NCBI GenBank assembly: GCA_002633005.1
Contig: NMRA01000717.1
Coordinates: forward strand, 120,075 to 184,074
Length of the DNA: 64,000 nucleotides
Direction of reading: 5' to 3'
Source of the DNA: Phoronis australis
Lineage: Eukaryota; Animalia; Phoronida
This document shows positions 1 to 13,900 of this stretch, piece after piece. Under the pieces are notes generated by a model. That model worked only from the letters and a program-made list of their open reading frames with translations. It had not been told where the DNA came from and searched no databases. The translations under genes were made by a program, and so were the position numbers. Position 1 is the first letter of the stretch. Each line of letters starts with the position of its first letter.

Positions 1-2556
1 CCTGACAACTCGAAAGCCCCCTGGTGTTATATTCGCTTATCATACGATCCCTCTAAGTGGCGTTACTGTGACATTGCACGCTGTCCGGCAGGTAATTGTG
101 CGTTATTGGATCGCCAAGCTAGAGAACAAGTTTACGTACCTATCACCGACCGAGTCGTCGGCTCGTCCAGCAAAATCTGAAAGTCAGATGACTGTGGTGA
201 TGCGTTGTAACACCAAACTGCTTCTATCAAGAAGACCTCAATATTGACAGTTAACCAACGACAAACTGCCACTTTAAATTGAAACTCGCTGATTTGTTGA
301 AATCACCGAGTAACAGTAAAGGTCTATCATAATTAACAAGCTATTTTTCTCATTTCTGAGTCCCATTTGCTTGATTTGCTTATCCACTGAGTGTCTTCAG
401 TTCGAGATGGTAATATTTAAGCGTGTATTGCGTGATTTTAGAGCGACTCTCAAGGTCATCATTAATTTTTGACTGACTTCTAGAACAATTGAAACTATTG
501 ATTGATATTCAAAAAAGAGGTCACATCACTTGGAAATGTGCTCCGCCCAATGTTAAGCTTATGATGCAGCTGTGATAGTTTGGCCCATACATGTATGTGG
601 CGCTGTGTTCTTTCTATTTCTAGAGTTGACCCAATGTGGCACAACTAGCGCCCCCTGTCCCGATCCCGGTAAGTTAGCATTCTCTAACAATAAGAACGTT
701 GTCCATTGAAATTGTTTTTGGTCAGTAAAGCACATTTCATAGCCATAACTGTGTTTTTAAAGTGGTTCCACCAATTTTACGTCCAAAGTAACAAAAAACC
801 CTACCAGTCGATTATCTGTGGAATTAGAACACCCGCAAACATTATCTGGTGATGCTCGATACATACTATATAGAATTGAGACAACTACTTGCAGCAATAG
901 TCATTGTACCCTGTGTTTAGCGTGAAAAGTTGGATATTGAAGCTTCTCGTTTCCTGTGAGGCGTTGACAGTGTTTGTGGTGGTAGTGACAAGTCAGTCTT
1001 TGAGCATTCTGTAGGCCTATCTATTTTCAAGTCACGTTCCCGCTTCATATATTCGTAGATGGGGTATAACATGCGCGCACCTAGCCTTTAATATGGGGGG
1101 CTCGAATTTCTGGCGATGTGGACCCTTTAATGACAAAATTGGAAGGACTAAAAAAATAACGGTGTGCCACCTTCACTGTGCGTCTGTGCCTTTTCAGTGG
1201 ACTTTTGTCTTGTTTTTTCGGACTTTTTGTTTCTCTGAGGCGGACCTTTTGCCCACTTCGCCAAATGGGGGGGCTCATTCGAGCGAAGGCAACCTTTTTC
1301 ATGTCATATTAGCAAAAATAAGGTTCGTTGGTTATCCCACACATATTTTACACTTCATTGTAATTCTTCGTAATTTAATTAATTACTCGTCCACAACTCC
1401 CGAAGTGACACTTTGGGAGGCAAGAATTTCGTGCCAATTTGGCTCTGCGTTGAGTGTAGTGTGAGGATCTGTACTACTTTTGTTTTCGGGCTGTTTTTCT
1501 AAAATTATCGTCACCACTTCCCATCGACGAGTGTTCTGCGACAAAATATGTTGTTAGAGAACCCAATTACGTTGGATTTAGGGATTCTTTAGTTTGTATT
1601 AATCTGACAATGTCTGGAGTTGGCGACCCATATCACATTGACAGTAGTGACGTGAGTAACGGAGACATTGTTCATATAGCAGTGGTAACGGATAATACTA
1701 TACTAATACTACTAATACTACTGCTAATACTACTGCTAATACTACTGTTAATACTACTACTTATACAACCACTAATACTACTAATACTAGTGCTAATACT
1801 ACTGTTAATACTACTACTTATACAACCACTGATACTACTAATACTACTTCTAATACCACTACTAATGCCAGTACTAATACTACTACTGATAGTACTACTG
1901 ATACCAATACTAATACTACTACTGATAGTACTACTGATACCAATACTAATACTACTACTGATAGTGCTACTGATACCAATACTAATACTACTACTGATAG
2001 TACTACTGATACCAATACTAATACTACTACTGATAGTACTACTGATACCAATACTAATACTACTACTGATAGTGCTACTGATACCAATACTAATACTACT
2101 ACTGATAGTGCTACTGATACCAATACTAATACTACTACTGATAGTACTATTGATACCAATACTAATACTACTACTGATAGTACTACTGATACCAATACTA
2201 ATACTACTACTGATAGCGCTACTGATACCAATACTAATACTACTACTGATAATGCTACTGATACCAATACTAATACTTATGCTACCACTAATACCACCAC
2301 TAATACTACTACTACTACTACTACTGCTAACATTAATACTACTACTAAAACTACTGCTACTACTACAGCTAATACTATACAGCTACTTGTACTAATAATA
2401 CTACTGATATTACTACTACTACTAATAATAATAATAAAACTAATACTACTACTAATACTACTACTACTACTACTAACTAATACAACTATTACTAAAACTA
2501 CTAACACTACTACTACTACTAATAATAATAATAATACTATACTACTAATACTACTA

Positions 2557-2594
<38 letters not shown>

Positions 2595-2619
2595 TTACTA
2601 CTACTACTACTACTACTAC

Positions 2620-2653
<34 letters not shown>

Positions 2654-5600
2654 ATACTACTAATACTACTATACTACTAATACTACTAATACTACTGCTG
2701 TCGCTGCTGCTGCTGCTCCTGCTGTCACATCAAATAATTCTACTATTTTTACTTGTATTACTTGAGGTCTCAGTTTTCAGTGACTTCAATAAAAGGGTGA
2801 ACCTGTGTCTTCACTGACCGGTGCAAATGACTTCCCGTGCAATGACAGGTTTGAACTTGCCATCACTAAACGAATACAAGCCTAATAAAACAAAACCTCC
2901 GACAAATTGTCTGCTCTAATTATCCAGCGAAACTTTGACTTGTTTAATTAACAGCTAACTGTCACACTCTTTGATTCATTCATTGACGTCACGTCACAAC
3001 TGATTAATTCAACTCAGTGGCCACATTCAATACGATGAAACGTCCTAGGAAGTCCCTGTTAAGTGTTCAAAGCGCAATCATAACTACGACAAAAAGGCCA
3101 TTGGTACTTTAGAGTGAAATAGAAACTTGCTTGTCTGACTCGCTGAAACAACTCATTCGGTGTGCGGATGTTATTTGCAGCTGACACTGTAGAGTAGGCA
3201 TACTGGTGGTGGTTGTTTCTTACCTCACCATTATATTCCTCGGCCCATTACTTATTTATAATATGCCTAGAACCTCTCAATAGCCTGCTCTAGAGAAACT
3301 CGAATAATGGCTGCCATGTGCTTGCTGCAGTACCTCTCGGTAGGTAACGTTCCCAGTTTCGTGATCTTTCTTGGCGCATTGTTTTTGCATGACTGACAAC
3401 GTTTAGTTGGTCTTAGAGAGCAAGTTGCAGCTGAGCCGTTTCTGTCGCGTAGAAATCCCTTTCACGTGGTCTGCCGTTCGCCCTTAATCTCAGTTTGATC
3501 AAACATCTGAAGTTCCTGGGGCTCAATGAACTGACGTATTGCCACGTCATGCACATGTATTGTTGTACGCACAGTCAATCACTGGTGAAGCTCTGTTTGC
3601 GTCCTGGTCATCAGCCTTCAAGCTAGATTCTTCAGAATCTGTACCCTCTGCTCTGTCAACTGTCGTTATTGATCTCTCTGGCGTTTAGGCAATTGGTCTC
3701 TCCTCTTGAGGAGTGGAGCATCACGAGACTTATTTGTGATCCTCTTGAGGAGTGGAGCATCACGAGAGTTGTTTGTGATCCTCCTGAGGAGTGGAGCATC
3801 ACGAGAGTCATTTGTGATCCTCCTGAGGAGCGGAGCATCACGAGGGTCATTTGTGATCATCCCGAGGAGTGGAGCATCACGAGAGTCATTTGTGATCCTC
3901 CTTCAGGTCCTCCACCAGGTCACTGCTTGCCCTGTTCTCGTTAACGGTTTTTATTGCTTACTTTCGCTCGACATGCCCTAGCGTCAGGTAGGTTCCCGAT
4001 GTATACAGTGTACAACTAAAACTAGTATCATTTGTACTGACGGAAAACAAATGTATTTCGCCTTGTTTACCAGGGTAAAACAGAAAATAATAATATACGT
4101 TTTTGGCTCTCATATAAAATCACAATATTCCTTACTGTGATAAGATTCATTTCCGTAACCATGGAAACCTCGAAACCACCAGCGACCCGACAATACGCTT
4201 CAGAGTTTATAGAGGCTGTCCAATCCAAAAGTTTCAAATTTGAAAATGGCACGTGTACATAGTCATTGCCTGTGACTTGAGTCGTTTAACATGGAAAAGA
4301 TAGAAGCCCAGTTGTATGGGATTAAAGGTCCGGTTCAATTTTCTCCTTAGCTTGCTAAGCAGTGCAAAATGCAGCTTAAATTCCTTGTTAAGGTTTCGTA
4401 TAACAGGGAGGAAATGCTTCTTTAGATTTAAAAACCGCGTTTCATTTTATTGTCCAGAGCCAGATGGAAACTGTTTGTCCGATGAGCAAGGTCTTATGTT
4501 CACTGGAAAGACGTCCAAGACTGAATCAGGCAAGCAGTGTGTTGTATGGAAATCCGTTTATTTGAATGAAGTAAACACCGGTACATCAGATTGGATCAAG
4601 GAGTATGAGAAATGGGATGAAGAGGTACAGTTATCAAGTTGGTGTCGTAACCCAGATAGAGACAGCGAGGGACCGTGGTGTATGTCGCTAGGTGGCGTGA
4701 AGGAATATTGTGACATACCTACGTGTCCTCGAGGTAAGATCTATGGCGATGCGACCACCTTCCTGTGCAAACTATATAGTATGCTGGTTACTATGAAACG
4801 TCGCTTTCATAACCGTTTATGGTTATGTTTAACAATGAATGCTGATACTCTTCATGTCGGTTATCTCCATATTTACTTGAATTAGTGAACCATTAATGCT
4901 ACCTTATATTGTGTAAACATTAAACTGGACCTTACACACTTGCTCCATCCATATCTCTGTGATTGAAGGCACCTCNATCCATCTCCCCCCCTCCCCCCTT
5001 ATGATAATGTCTTTTAATGGTTGGTCGCCCAATCATTACGAGATCCTTTTAAAATACATGTATTTGATCTGTGTGATGTAATATTATTCACATTGTTTGG
5101 TTATGTAACTGGGTCCCCCAGCTCAGCCATATTTACTAATGATATGATTTCAGGGTAAATAAATGTATTAATTGTTAAAATTCGTGGTCATGGCTGATTT
5201 CATTAACGGGACAGTCACAGGCAACAGAATATCCTTCGCACCGAATTTGTGCAAATCCCAAATAAAATCATTACTAAGCGTTCTTCGGAAATCACTAGAT
5301 AGAGTACAATAGCATATTACAGCACACACATTACACAGTAACTGCGGACATAAACTATGGACATGCGCTGCGTCTGCATCTTTGCAGAGATTGCTACTGT
5401 TTAAATATAACATTTCATTTTTGTCCCAATAGACGTTATTCACGCAGTCATCATTTTAAAAAGAGCCTCGTTTTAGATTTAAAAACTAATTCAATTAAGA
5501 CATAAATACAACGATGCACGAGAAAAAATCACGTTATGCGCAGTGATTGAGCGCAGAGTGTTTTATTTTTTCAAACCCTAAAAGGAGGCTCTTTGTAACA

Positions 5601-7340
5601 TGGCGTTTGTGTGAAAAAGGTGTATTCTTCGGGTTTGTATTCCGTCATAATAAAAGACCCCATCTTGCCAACGTTGGTCTCTTTTTATCTCTGGTCACGT
5701 GTTTGTTACGCACATATTTTTATCGTTGCTACATATGTAGATCACACAAACTATTTTCTTGTTTAATGTTTGTATAAATTATATACATTGCAAGATTGTC
5801 GCACCTGCACTAACAAATCACGTGATTCTTAAAAAACAACAACATATATATTCTTCTGTTATTAAACTTCGTTAAAATGGAAACCAAATCCGCATTGAGA
5901 CCACGAACACATTTTTTAATCATTTGACGCTTTAAAATAAACGAATCCTCTTTTAAGTTTTTCAACTCTAAAAGATTGGATGAAGTTTTAAAATCTCTTC
6001 CAAAGACGGCTAAATCGGCCAGCAAGTTACGTGACGACAGCGGGGAAAGACCGTGACCACTCTCAAATGCAAACTCCAATTGATGATAATGTGGTTAAAT
6101 AATGCTTTATCAAAGGCAGGGCAGCTTTGAGACGTTCAGTTGAGAAAACAAAGTATAGAAAAACTGAATCAAATACTGAAATTTACTTACATGAGTTAGC
6201 GAGACGTTGTTTTTAATGCACTTGTCACTTAAGCGGGATACCAACATAGCGTCAGCTAGCGACAAAATCAGCTTTTGGTGAACTCACCAACTCAGGGTTT
6301 GGCATCCACTTAAATAAATGTGTTAGTTATGTATTTAGTTTTGACCAAGTACCCAACTTGCAAACTTCAACAAATATGTGGAATCGAATTGAAGTCAAAG
6401 TTTGTACATCACAAAACCGCACACGGTATTCCTATTGCAAAAATCAAAAACACAGTGATCAGAGTTCTTTTGACCAATTTGTACTGCCCTGACGGAAATA
6501 CCAGAGAGCCAATTTAAGATCAAGTACATTGTAGGCCTAGTACAAATTTGGCTAACTTTGCGGCGTTAAATCCTATAAATGAGGAGGTTTCGGACCCTTT
6601 TTCCCTTGACTTTATAGTGATATCAAATCTACAATTTTTAACTGATTGTTGACTTGTACCCCCTTTTTGAAAATACTTCATCCAATGCCCCCACCCTCTC
6701 TTAGAAATCCTGGATCAGCTCCTGAAATGGTAGATCAGATTTATTTGAAACTTCCAGATACTAAGTTGTTGGGAAATATTTCCATAGTGTTCCACTCTTG
6801 GATGAGAGGTTAACAAAATATGGCTTAATTAATGAGACATTCGTCTAAAGCCAAAACACAAGAATAGCCTGTATACCGTTTTTGAAATGCTTTAGAACAC
6901 AAATGTCTAATAAAATTTGGCTGCCAGGTCCTTGGTACTTTTTTGCTATGAATGTACCTTTCTTTGTTAAAGTATTAATAATGTTTCGGCCACGCGATCC
7001 AATAAATGACATATTAGTTTTACGGTAAACATCAAATTCCGCTAGAGGAATAATATAACTATTATGTTCAGGTTTAACGAGTTATAATGTATAGTGTAGT
7101 GGATGGTTGAGTAGTTACGCACTCTTATCGGTCAGATACCAACTTTACATGTGAGTATATTGTGTTACTGTAACGTTTTTCTATTTATTTGTTTTTCTAC
7201 ATCTAGTTGGCGACAATACCAATATAGGACTCGTCGTTTCGAGAGGACAGACGGTATGGGAACACAATAGGTTGCTGCTACTGTCATCCCTTATGCTATC
7301 AGTAGATGGCGCTTGGAAACATGTACCACTCATTGGTTGA
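1..7340 (+). CDS. 3' part of a multi-kringle-domain protein gene (5' end outside window)
   Basis: Exon <1-91 encodes a kringle end (PDNSKAPWCY...RYCDIARC). 624-668 is a short linker exon. 4458-4733 is a full kringle (C..GLMFTGKTSKTESGKQCVVW...WCRNPDRDSEGPWC...KEYCDIPTC). The probable last exon 7207-7340 ends in TGA with AATAAA at ~7418. Introns are GT-AG phase 1, typical of kringle modules. The last exon is less certain. Confidence 0.8.
1694..2725. repeat. (ACT/AAT)n microsatellite with ~33-bp higher-order unit, intronic
   Basis: Continuous ACT/AAT triplets; unit gatagtactactgataccaatactaatactactact repeated ~12 times at ~1870-2270. Confidence 0.95.
3700..3902. repeat. 39-bp minisatellite, ~5 copies
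   Basis: gaggagtggagcatcacgagagtcatttgtgatcctcct repeated. Confidence 0.95.
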
Positions 7341-7889
7341 ACTGGACACGCGCCACAACTCCAATATCAATTCCTCATGTTCACAATAAGTACACAGCGT
7401 AGATGAGTGGTCATCTTAATAAAGCTTTCATACGTCAAAATTGGTTTTCATAGTATATGGACTGTGGGAAAGTGAATCATTTTTGTTAAATTATGATTTC
7501 ATAAATCTACATAATTTTCTCAATAAAATTCCCCTAAGTTCCAATTAAATATGCATGAATCACTCCCAATGGAGCCCTACCAACTTTATTTGTGCCAAGG
7601 TTCATTGTAATCAGCTGTATACTGCATACCATTTTCCAAAAGTTGATGAAATTATTTACTTCCTAGGAGGAGTCTTGAAAAGTCCTAGATTAACTCAGTT
7701 GATGGCTATTCAGCCATATTGCATGATCTGCAGTGGGCAGTGAGTGACTCTAGTTTTAGCGGTCACACGACATGAATGGAGAGCATGGTGATGTATGGTG
7801 ATTGATGGCTGTGGATGATGCGGTGCGGACACACACGCAGGCAGGCAGGCATGCATGCACACGAGTAACACCCTCTCATTACCGCGTTT

Positions 7890-8435
7890 TCCCGTTGCTC
7901 CCAACTTGTACGATTCTATAGCCTAACCACAAGTTGGAAAGTTTACCACTATAGCCAATATCTTACACAACTGATTAACTCCATTCCGGCATTTATGGTT
8001 GGATGGCCAGCTCTCTTTTGTTCGATAATTGCTCTAATCTCCAATAAGATGGTATCTACCCTGACTGGGCTGTGCTGTTAAAAATAAAAGTTAAGTTATA
8101 CCATATTTGAACATAAACCAATAGCATTTCCGAATTCTTCGTCAAATGGTGATCATGTTTAGTTTTTGAATCGCCAAATTCGCACAACTCAGTGCAACCG
8201 AAGTTACGACAATCTATTCTCCGTTTCCAAATACACCAATTCACTCTGAGTTTGACTGTGTTCACACGTGGTCTGTAATAAGTTTGGTAGATAATTGGCC
8301 TGCTTGTTGTCATAACAGACAAAAGAGTGTGCTTGGCAGTTAGCAAAGAAGCTAGATGTTATCACACGCTCAGAACCCCCTACATGTACGTCTGGTAACG
8401 TCACTGAACGGGAAAACGCTGTTATGTGCATGGCT
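7890..8435. mobile_element. dispersed repeat family copy 1 (unclassified non-autonomous element)
   Basis: gttgctcccaacttgt...ctctaatctccaataagat...cctgactggg...aaaaataaaagttaagtt recurs in the same orientation at ~19168-19700 and ~57020-57290. Confidence 0.75.
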
Positions 8436-8670
8436 TACAGTCCCTATAGTGGCTGGAGCTGTTATGTGCTTGCATGACACTTGTATCCTGGAACACAACA
8501 ATCTCCAGGAACACCTAATAAGACTCAGACTACTACTGAATACATGCCTAACCTCTTAATGAAAAGATACATAGGATAACCAGAACATCATAATTCAACC
8601 AAAATGACACGGTATACATTTGCCCTACACCATAATAATGTAGTTCTAGTTATGCCTAATTTAAATACGT

Positions 8671-8824
8671 CTGGGCTGGGTTGCATAAAACTTCAAAATT
8701 ATCCGCTGGATAAGTTTAACTGTTACATGACGTCAGGTGCATTGTTCAACAATAACAACGTGACGCGTGTTAATGTGACGTCATTGTTGCTATATGGCGT
8801 ATAACTTTTACGCAACTGGGTCCT
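8671..8824. mobile_element. short MITE, PIF/Harbinger-like (CWG flanks)
   Basis: Imperfect TIRs ggctgggttgcataaaa / ttttacgcaactgggtc flanked by CTG; a related copy lies in opposite orientation at ~22193-22310. Confidence 0.55.
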
Positions 8825-9049
8825 GATATTTTATTTAACATAACAGTAAACAACGCTGATATAGCCAACAGGTTATGGTAAGACCACTACAATTTACGAT
8901 AAAACATGGCTGCTACGTGAAATTGATTTTATCATTTCTTCCTGAAACAAATGAAGCACCAACTTAAATCATATTCCATGTTCAGGTTTTGTAACAAAAG
9001 TCAAAGCTTTCAAAAACTGTGGGCATTCAGAGCAATGTTAAAACCCCTG

Positions 9050-10778
9050 AACAAGAGCAACGCGGAACGTTGAAATGCGCCCACAAATGCATCGCAAACT
9101 GTGCTTTTAGGGTTGTTTATTGGTCATAAACATGGCCACTAGATGGCGCAACAACGTACAATCCATCCGATAATGGGAACATGTCATAGCTTCTGTAATA
9201 GAAAGCTTTACACAAAATTTCATAGAAATCTGTCACGAAACTTCAGAGAAACAAAGGAAAACAGAATAAAATGAAAACTGCCACTAGGGGGCAGAGTGTT
9301 CATTGGATCCGCCTGAAAGTAGTCATTGTCTGTTGTTAGCTTATACTAAATTTAATAAAGACCCAGCAGTGGGTTTAGGAGATACAGCTATGGGCGCAAA
9401 ACAAAACAAAACTACCATTGGAGACGCCACAGTAGTCAAAGTTGTCATCGTCAATCATTCTCTTCACACAGAGAACATAAACGCCAGTTTTCAAAACCAT
9501 CCTTAGAATGATTTGGTTGATCGAAGAGTGAACGCCAAAAAACAAGACTTGAAAACGGAAAAAGTGGCCACTAGGAGGCGCAAAACACCTCGATTCCATC
9601 CAAAACGCGTGGATAGCGTCATCTCACCAACAGATGCCTGAATTCAAAATTTTATGTAAATACTTAGAGGACCCTTGACGATAGAGGTAAATTTAAAATC
9701 TAAAACTGCCACCGTGGGGCACACCAGAAATCAGATCCCACTCAAAGTTGTTGTTCTTTGTCAACATCATATAAATACACTTATTAAATTTATTAAAGAA
9801 AATACAAATGGTTTAAGAGATACCCTTGGGCGCAAAAAACGAAACTGCCACTGGGAGGCGCCACAGTAGCTGAAGTAATCGGAAAATCATTGTCAGAGGT
9901 ACACTTCATAGTAAAAACATACATGCCAATTTTCACAATTATCCTGAAAGCGATTTGGTTGATAGAGGGGTGGATGCATAAGAAACAGACTCGAAAACAG
10001 TAAAAATGGCCACTAGATGGCGCAAACTAAGTCACATCCATCTGAAAACAGAAAGATAGAGTCATCACACTAACAGAAGCCTGTACGCCAATTTTTTTGA
10101 AAATACATTTAGGACCTTTGAACATACAGAGGTAAACGTAAAAAAAATTGCCACCAGGTTGCAAACCAGGATTCAAATCCGTCCAAAAGTCGTCATCGTC
10201 CTTTGTCAACATCATATAAATGCACTTACTAAATTTAGTAAACATCCTGTAGATGGTTTAGGAGATACAGCCATAAGCGCAAAAAAAAAACTGCCACTAG
10301 GAGGCACCACAGTCGTTGAAATCGTTGGAAAATCATTGTCAGCCGTCCTCTTCATAGTAAGAACATACATGCCAATTTCCAAAATCATTCTTAGAGCGGT
10401 TTGGTTGATAGAGGGCTGGACGACTAAAAACATACTCAAAAACAGTAAAAATGGCCGCTAGGTGGCGCAGATTACGTCAAATCTATCCGAAAACAGGTGG
10501 ATTGCGTCATTTCACTAATAGATGCGTACATGCCAAATTTTATGAAAATACGCTGAAGACCTTTGAAGATACAAAGGTAAGCATAAAAAACTAAAATTGC
10601 CACTAGGGGGCAGACAGGTAGTCGAGTCCATCCGAAAGTTCGCTCATGACGTCCCATCCACGAAAGGAACATATGTGCAAAATTTCATGAACATGCGTCA
10701 AACGGTTTTGGACACCGCCTGAACGGACGTAGATGACGGCATAATGCAACCACATAAAAATATGTGGGCGCATAAAAA
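9050..10778 (-). mobile_element. Helentron-associated non-autonomous element (HINE-like) with internal ~145-bp tandem array of CTCF-like motifs
   Basis: Subterminal IRs atgcgcccaca (9075-9085) / tgtgggcgcat (10763-10773); hairpin ccacata-aaaa-tatgtgg at one end and palindrome caacg-cggaa-cgttg at the other; A/T-tract ends; 11 internal diverged units. Confidence 0.7.
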
Positions 10779-10947
10779 TGGGAAAACACATTTTGGCAAT
10801 GATCATGTCCAAAATTAGACAATTTTACCGCACTAAAACATCACACACACACAAAAGAACTATCGCAATTTAGAAAGTAAAATACTTTTATTGCAGTTCT
10901 AAGTGGAGATACACATTAACAAGGGTTAATCTATCGGCCACCAGGTG

Positions 10948-13900
10948 TCACCTCTGTGTAGCAGACGATATCATGTGCTTCAACTCATCAAAGTTGTTGT
11001 CTTGTAAGCTTTTGCGTATCGCTTCAAAGAATCCAAAGTAGTGATGGAAGTTGTGTCTGGAAATACAAAGTTAAAGTGAATGATAAAAGTATGTTAATTT
11101 TGATACATCCAGTTGAGAAAACAGATGAAATTTGAATCTAACAATGGAAATAAGTCTCACTAAAGTTACCAACGTTGTGTTCGTCTCTATTAGCCATAAT
11201 AATAACAACATCAATAGCCAAGCTGCAGTCCGTGAGAGACGAATACAACATCGCTAACTTTATCAAGTTGTATTTCCAGTATTAGATTCAAATTTCATCT
11301 GTGTTAGACTGAATGAGAATGTCCTGGCTACAGATAACTAGACAGCACACTCAGAACCTCCACACTAGACAGCACACTCAGAACCTCCACACGAGACAGC
11401 ACACTCAGGACCTCCACACTAGACAGCACACTCAGAACCTCCACACTAGACAGCACACTCGGAACCTCCACACTAGACAGCACACTCAGAACCTCCACAC
11501 TTGTCAATAGTTCCCTCCATGCACGCAACCAGCTAAAATATGTGGAGACTCGAATTTCTTAGAACGTGGACCTTTTACTAAGATTCACAGGGTATGTTCA
11601 GAGCTATGAATTGTGTATTTGCCAAGTTTCAGCAATTCCTGCCTCTTTAGTGGACCTTTTTTGCCCAATTCACCAAATGGGGGGGCTCGTTCAAGCTCCC
11701 CCGAGTCACCCTAGCTGCGCGCATGCTCTTAATTTCACATTAAAATGAGCAGTACACAAGTTACTACATTTCATAAAGCCCCAAGCACAACTCAAGCAAT
11801 ACATCGGCCAGTAGTTCCATTAAGCTGCACACAAAACATCAGTCTGCCAGTCAGTAAATTCCTTGAAGATGTACTTTCATTACAAGTAGTAAGGTCTGCC
11901 AGCCAGTACATTCCTTAAAGTTGTACTTGCATTATGACTAGTACAGTCTGCCAGCTAGTAAAAGTCTTACTTACAACATGAGTAGTACACCAGCCAGTAG
12001 TTCTGACGTTTTCACCAAGTGATGCAGGTACGCCCTCGTGTGGTGGGTGCAAGTAAAACACGAACAGCTGGGCATTATGGGTGAGAAATCATCACAATAC
12101 CTGAATGAAGGTGAATAGAGATTGGTGATGGGGACCATTTAAATCACAAACTTTGAACACTTTCCTTGTTTCGCACGAATTACATTCACAAACAACTTTG
12201 CACTGCAGTAAAACAATCAAAATCCCAGATGTTATGTTATAAGAGCTATACCTGTCATCAGTGAAATCGATTTCGTAAGATCGATCTTTGTGAGTCGCCT
12301 CAACTTCACTCTTCTTGTTAATTGCATAGTTGAACACCAGGGCGGCGTTCCTCTCAGTCACAACATATGNATAGCCAAGCTGCAGTCCGTGAGAGATGAA
12401 TACAACGTCGCTAACTTTATTAAGTTTTATTTCCAGTATTAGATTCAAATTTCATCTGTGTTAGAGTGAATGAGAATGTCCTGGCTACAGATAACTAGAC
12501 AGCACACTCTGAACCTCCACACTTGAACACAAATGGGAAGTCATCATCACCATTATTAAGTAGAGTGAATTGTCATCAAACTGGGACAAAATAATGGCTC
12601 AAACTGATCAATTTTGATATTCCACAGACACCCCTAGCATTTAACCAGAATGCTCAATTACTGTTGCCAGTAAAACATTCCTAACATCTCACCTAGAACA
12701 CAGGGGGCAGCACACGTCATCTTATTATTGCCCAAGTGAAACTGCCACTAAAGAGTGAGGCCTTCTTACACCAACCACAGAAAATACAAGAACTCCGAAA
12801 ATAGTTCACATAAATCCATACTGACATGACCAGTACTTTAGTCAATAGTTCCCTCCATGCACGCAACCAGCTAAAATATGTGGATACTCGAATTTCTTAG
12901 AATGTGGACCTTTTACTAAGATTCACAGGGTATGTTCAGAGCTATGAATTGTGTATTTGCAAAGTTTCAGTAATTCCTGCCTCTTTAGTGGACCTTTTTT
13001 TGCCCAATTCACCAAATGGGGGGGCTCGTTCAAGCCCCCCCGAGTCACCCTAGCTGCGCGCATGCTCTTAATTTCATATTAAAATGAGCAGTACACAAGC
13101 TACTACATTTCATAAAGCCCCAAGCACAACTCAAGCAATACATCGGCCAGTAGTTCCATTAAGCTGCACATAAAACATCAGTCTGCCAGTCAGTAAATTC
13201 CTTGAAGTTGTACTTTCATTACAAGTAGTAAGGTCTGCCAGCCAGTACATTCCTTAAAGTTGTACTTGCATCATGACTAGTAGTCTGCCAGCTAGTAAAA
13301 GTCTTACTTACAACATGAGTAGTACACCAGCCAGTAGTTCTGACGTTTTCACCAAGTGATGCAGGTACGCCCTCGTGTGGTGGGTGCAAGTAAAACACGA
13401 ACAGCTGGGCATTATGGGTGAGAAATCATCACAATACCTGAATGAAGGTGAATAGAGATTGGTGATGGGGGATCATTTAAATCACAAACTTTGAACATTC
13501 CTTGTTTCGCACGAATTACATTCACAAACAACTTTGCACTGCAGTAAAACAAATCAAAATCCCAGATGTTATGTTATAAGAGCGATACCTGTCATCAGTG
13601 AAATCGATTTCGTAAGATCGATCTTTGTGAGTGGCCTCAACTTCACTCTTCTTGTTAATTGCATAGTTGAACACCAGGGCGGCGTTCCTCTCAGTCACAA
13701 CATATGGATAGCTGGAGTCAAAGATGTCTACACCACACTCGACTCCTTCCAACACTGACAGTGGTGTCCATACATGGCACATCAGGCGTGGCCTCTCAGG
13801 GGGTAAACACTCCTGCAGTGCAAGGTCAGACTACTTTATATTAGACAGAACCCTTATGAGGCCAGTTGTACAGGCTTTTCACCAGATGGTCTCTAATGGA

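Larger units (their letters stand above)
11214..12369. other. probable uncollapsed-haplotype duplicate of 12371-13706 (contains extra copies of QTRT2 exon 8 and part of exon 7)
   Basis: Near-identical direct repeat joined by a single N at 12370; the first copy breaks off mid-exon at the N. Confidence 0.85.

Noticed and set aside
1610-2395. 261-aa Leu/Ile-rich ORF (and antisense Val-rich ORFs)
   Set aside because: Translation of an intronic ACT/AAT microsatellite.
10890-10950. Stop-codon readthrough of QTRT2 (TGA-C context)
   Set aside because: Protein length already matches orthologs; the context alone is insufficient evidence.
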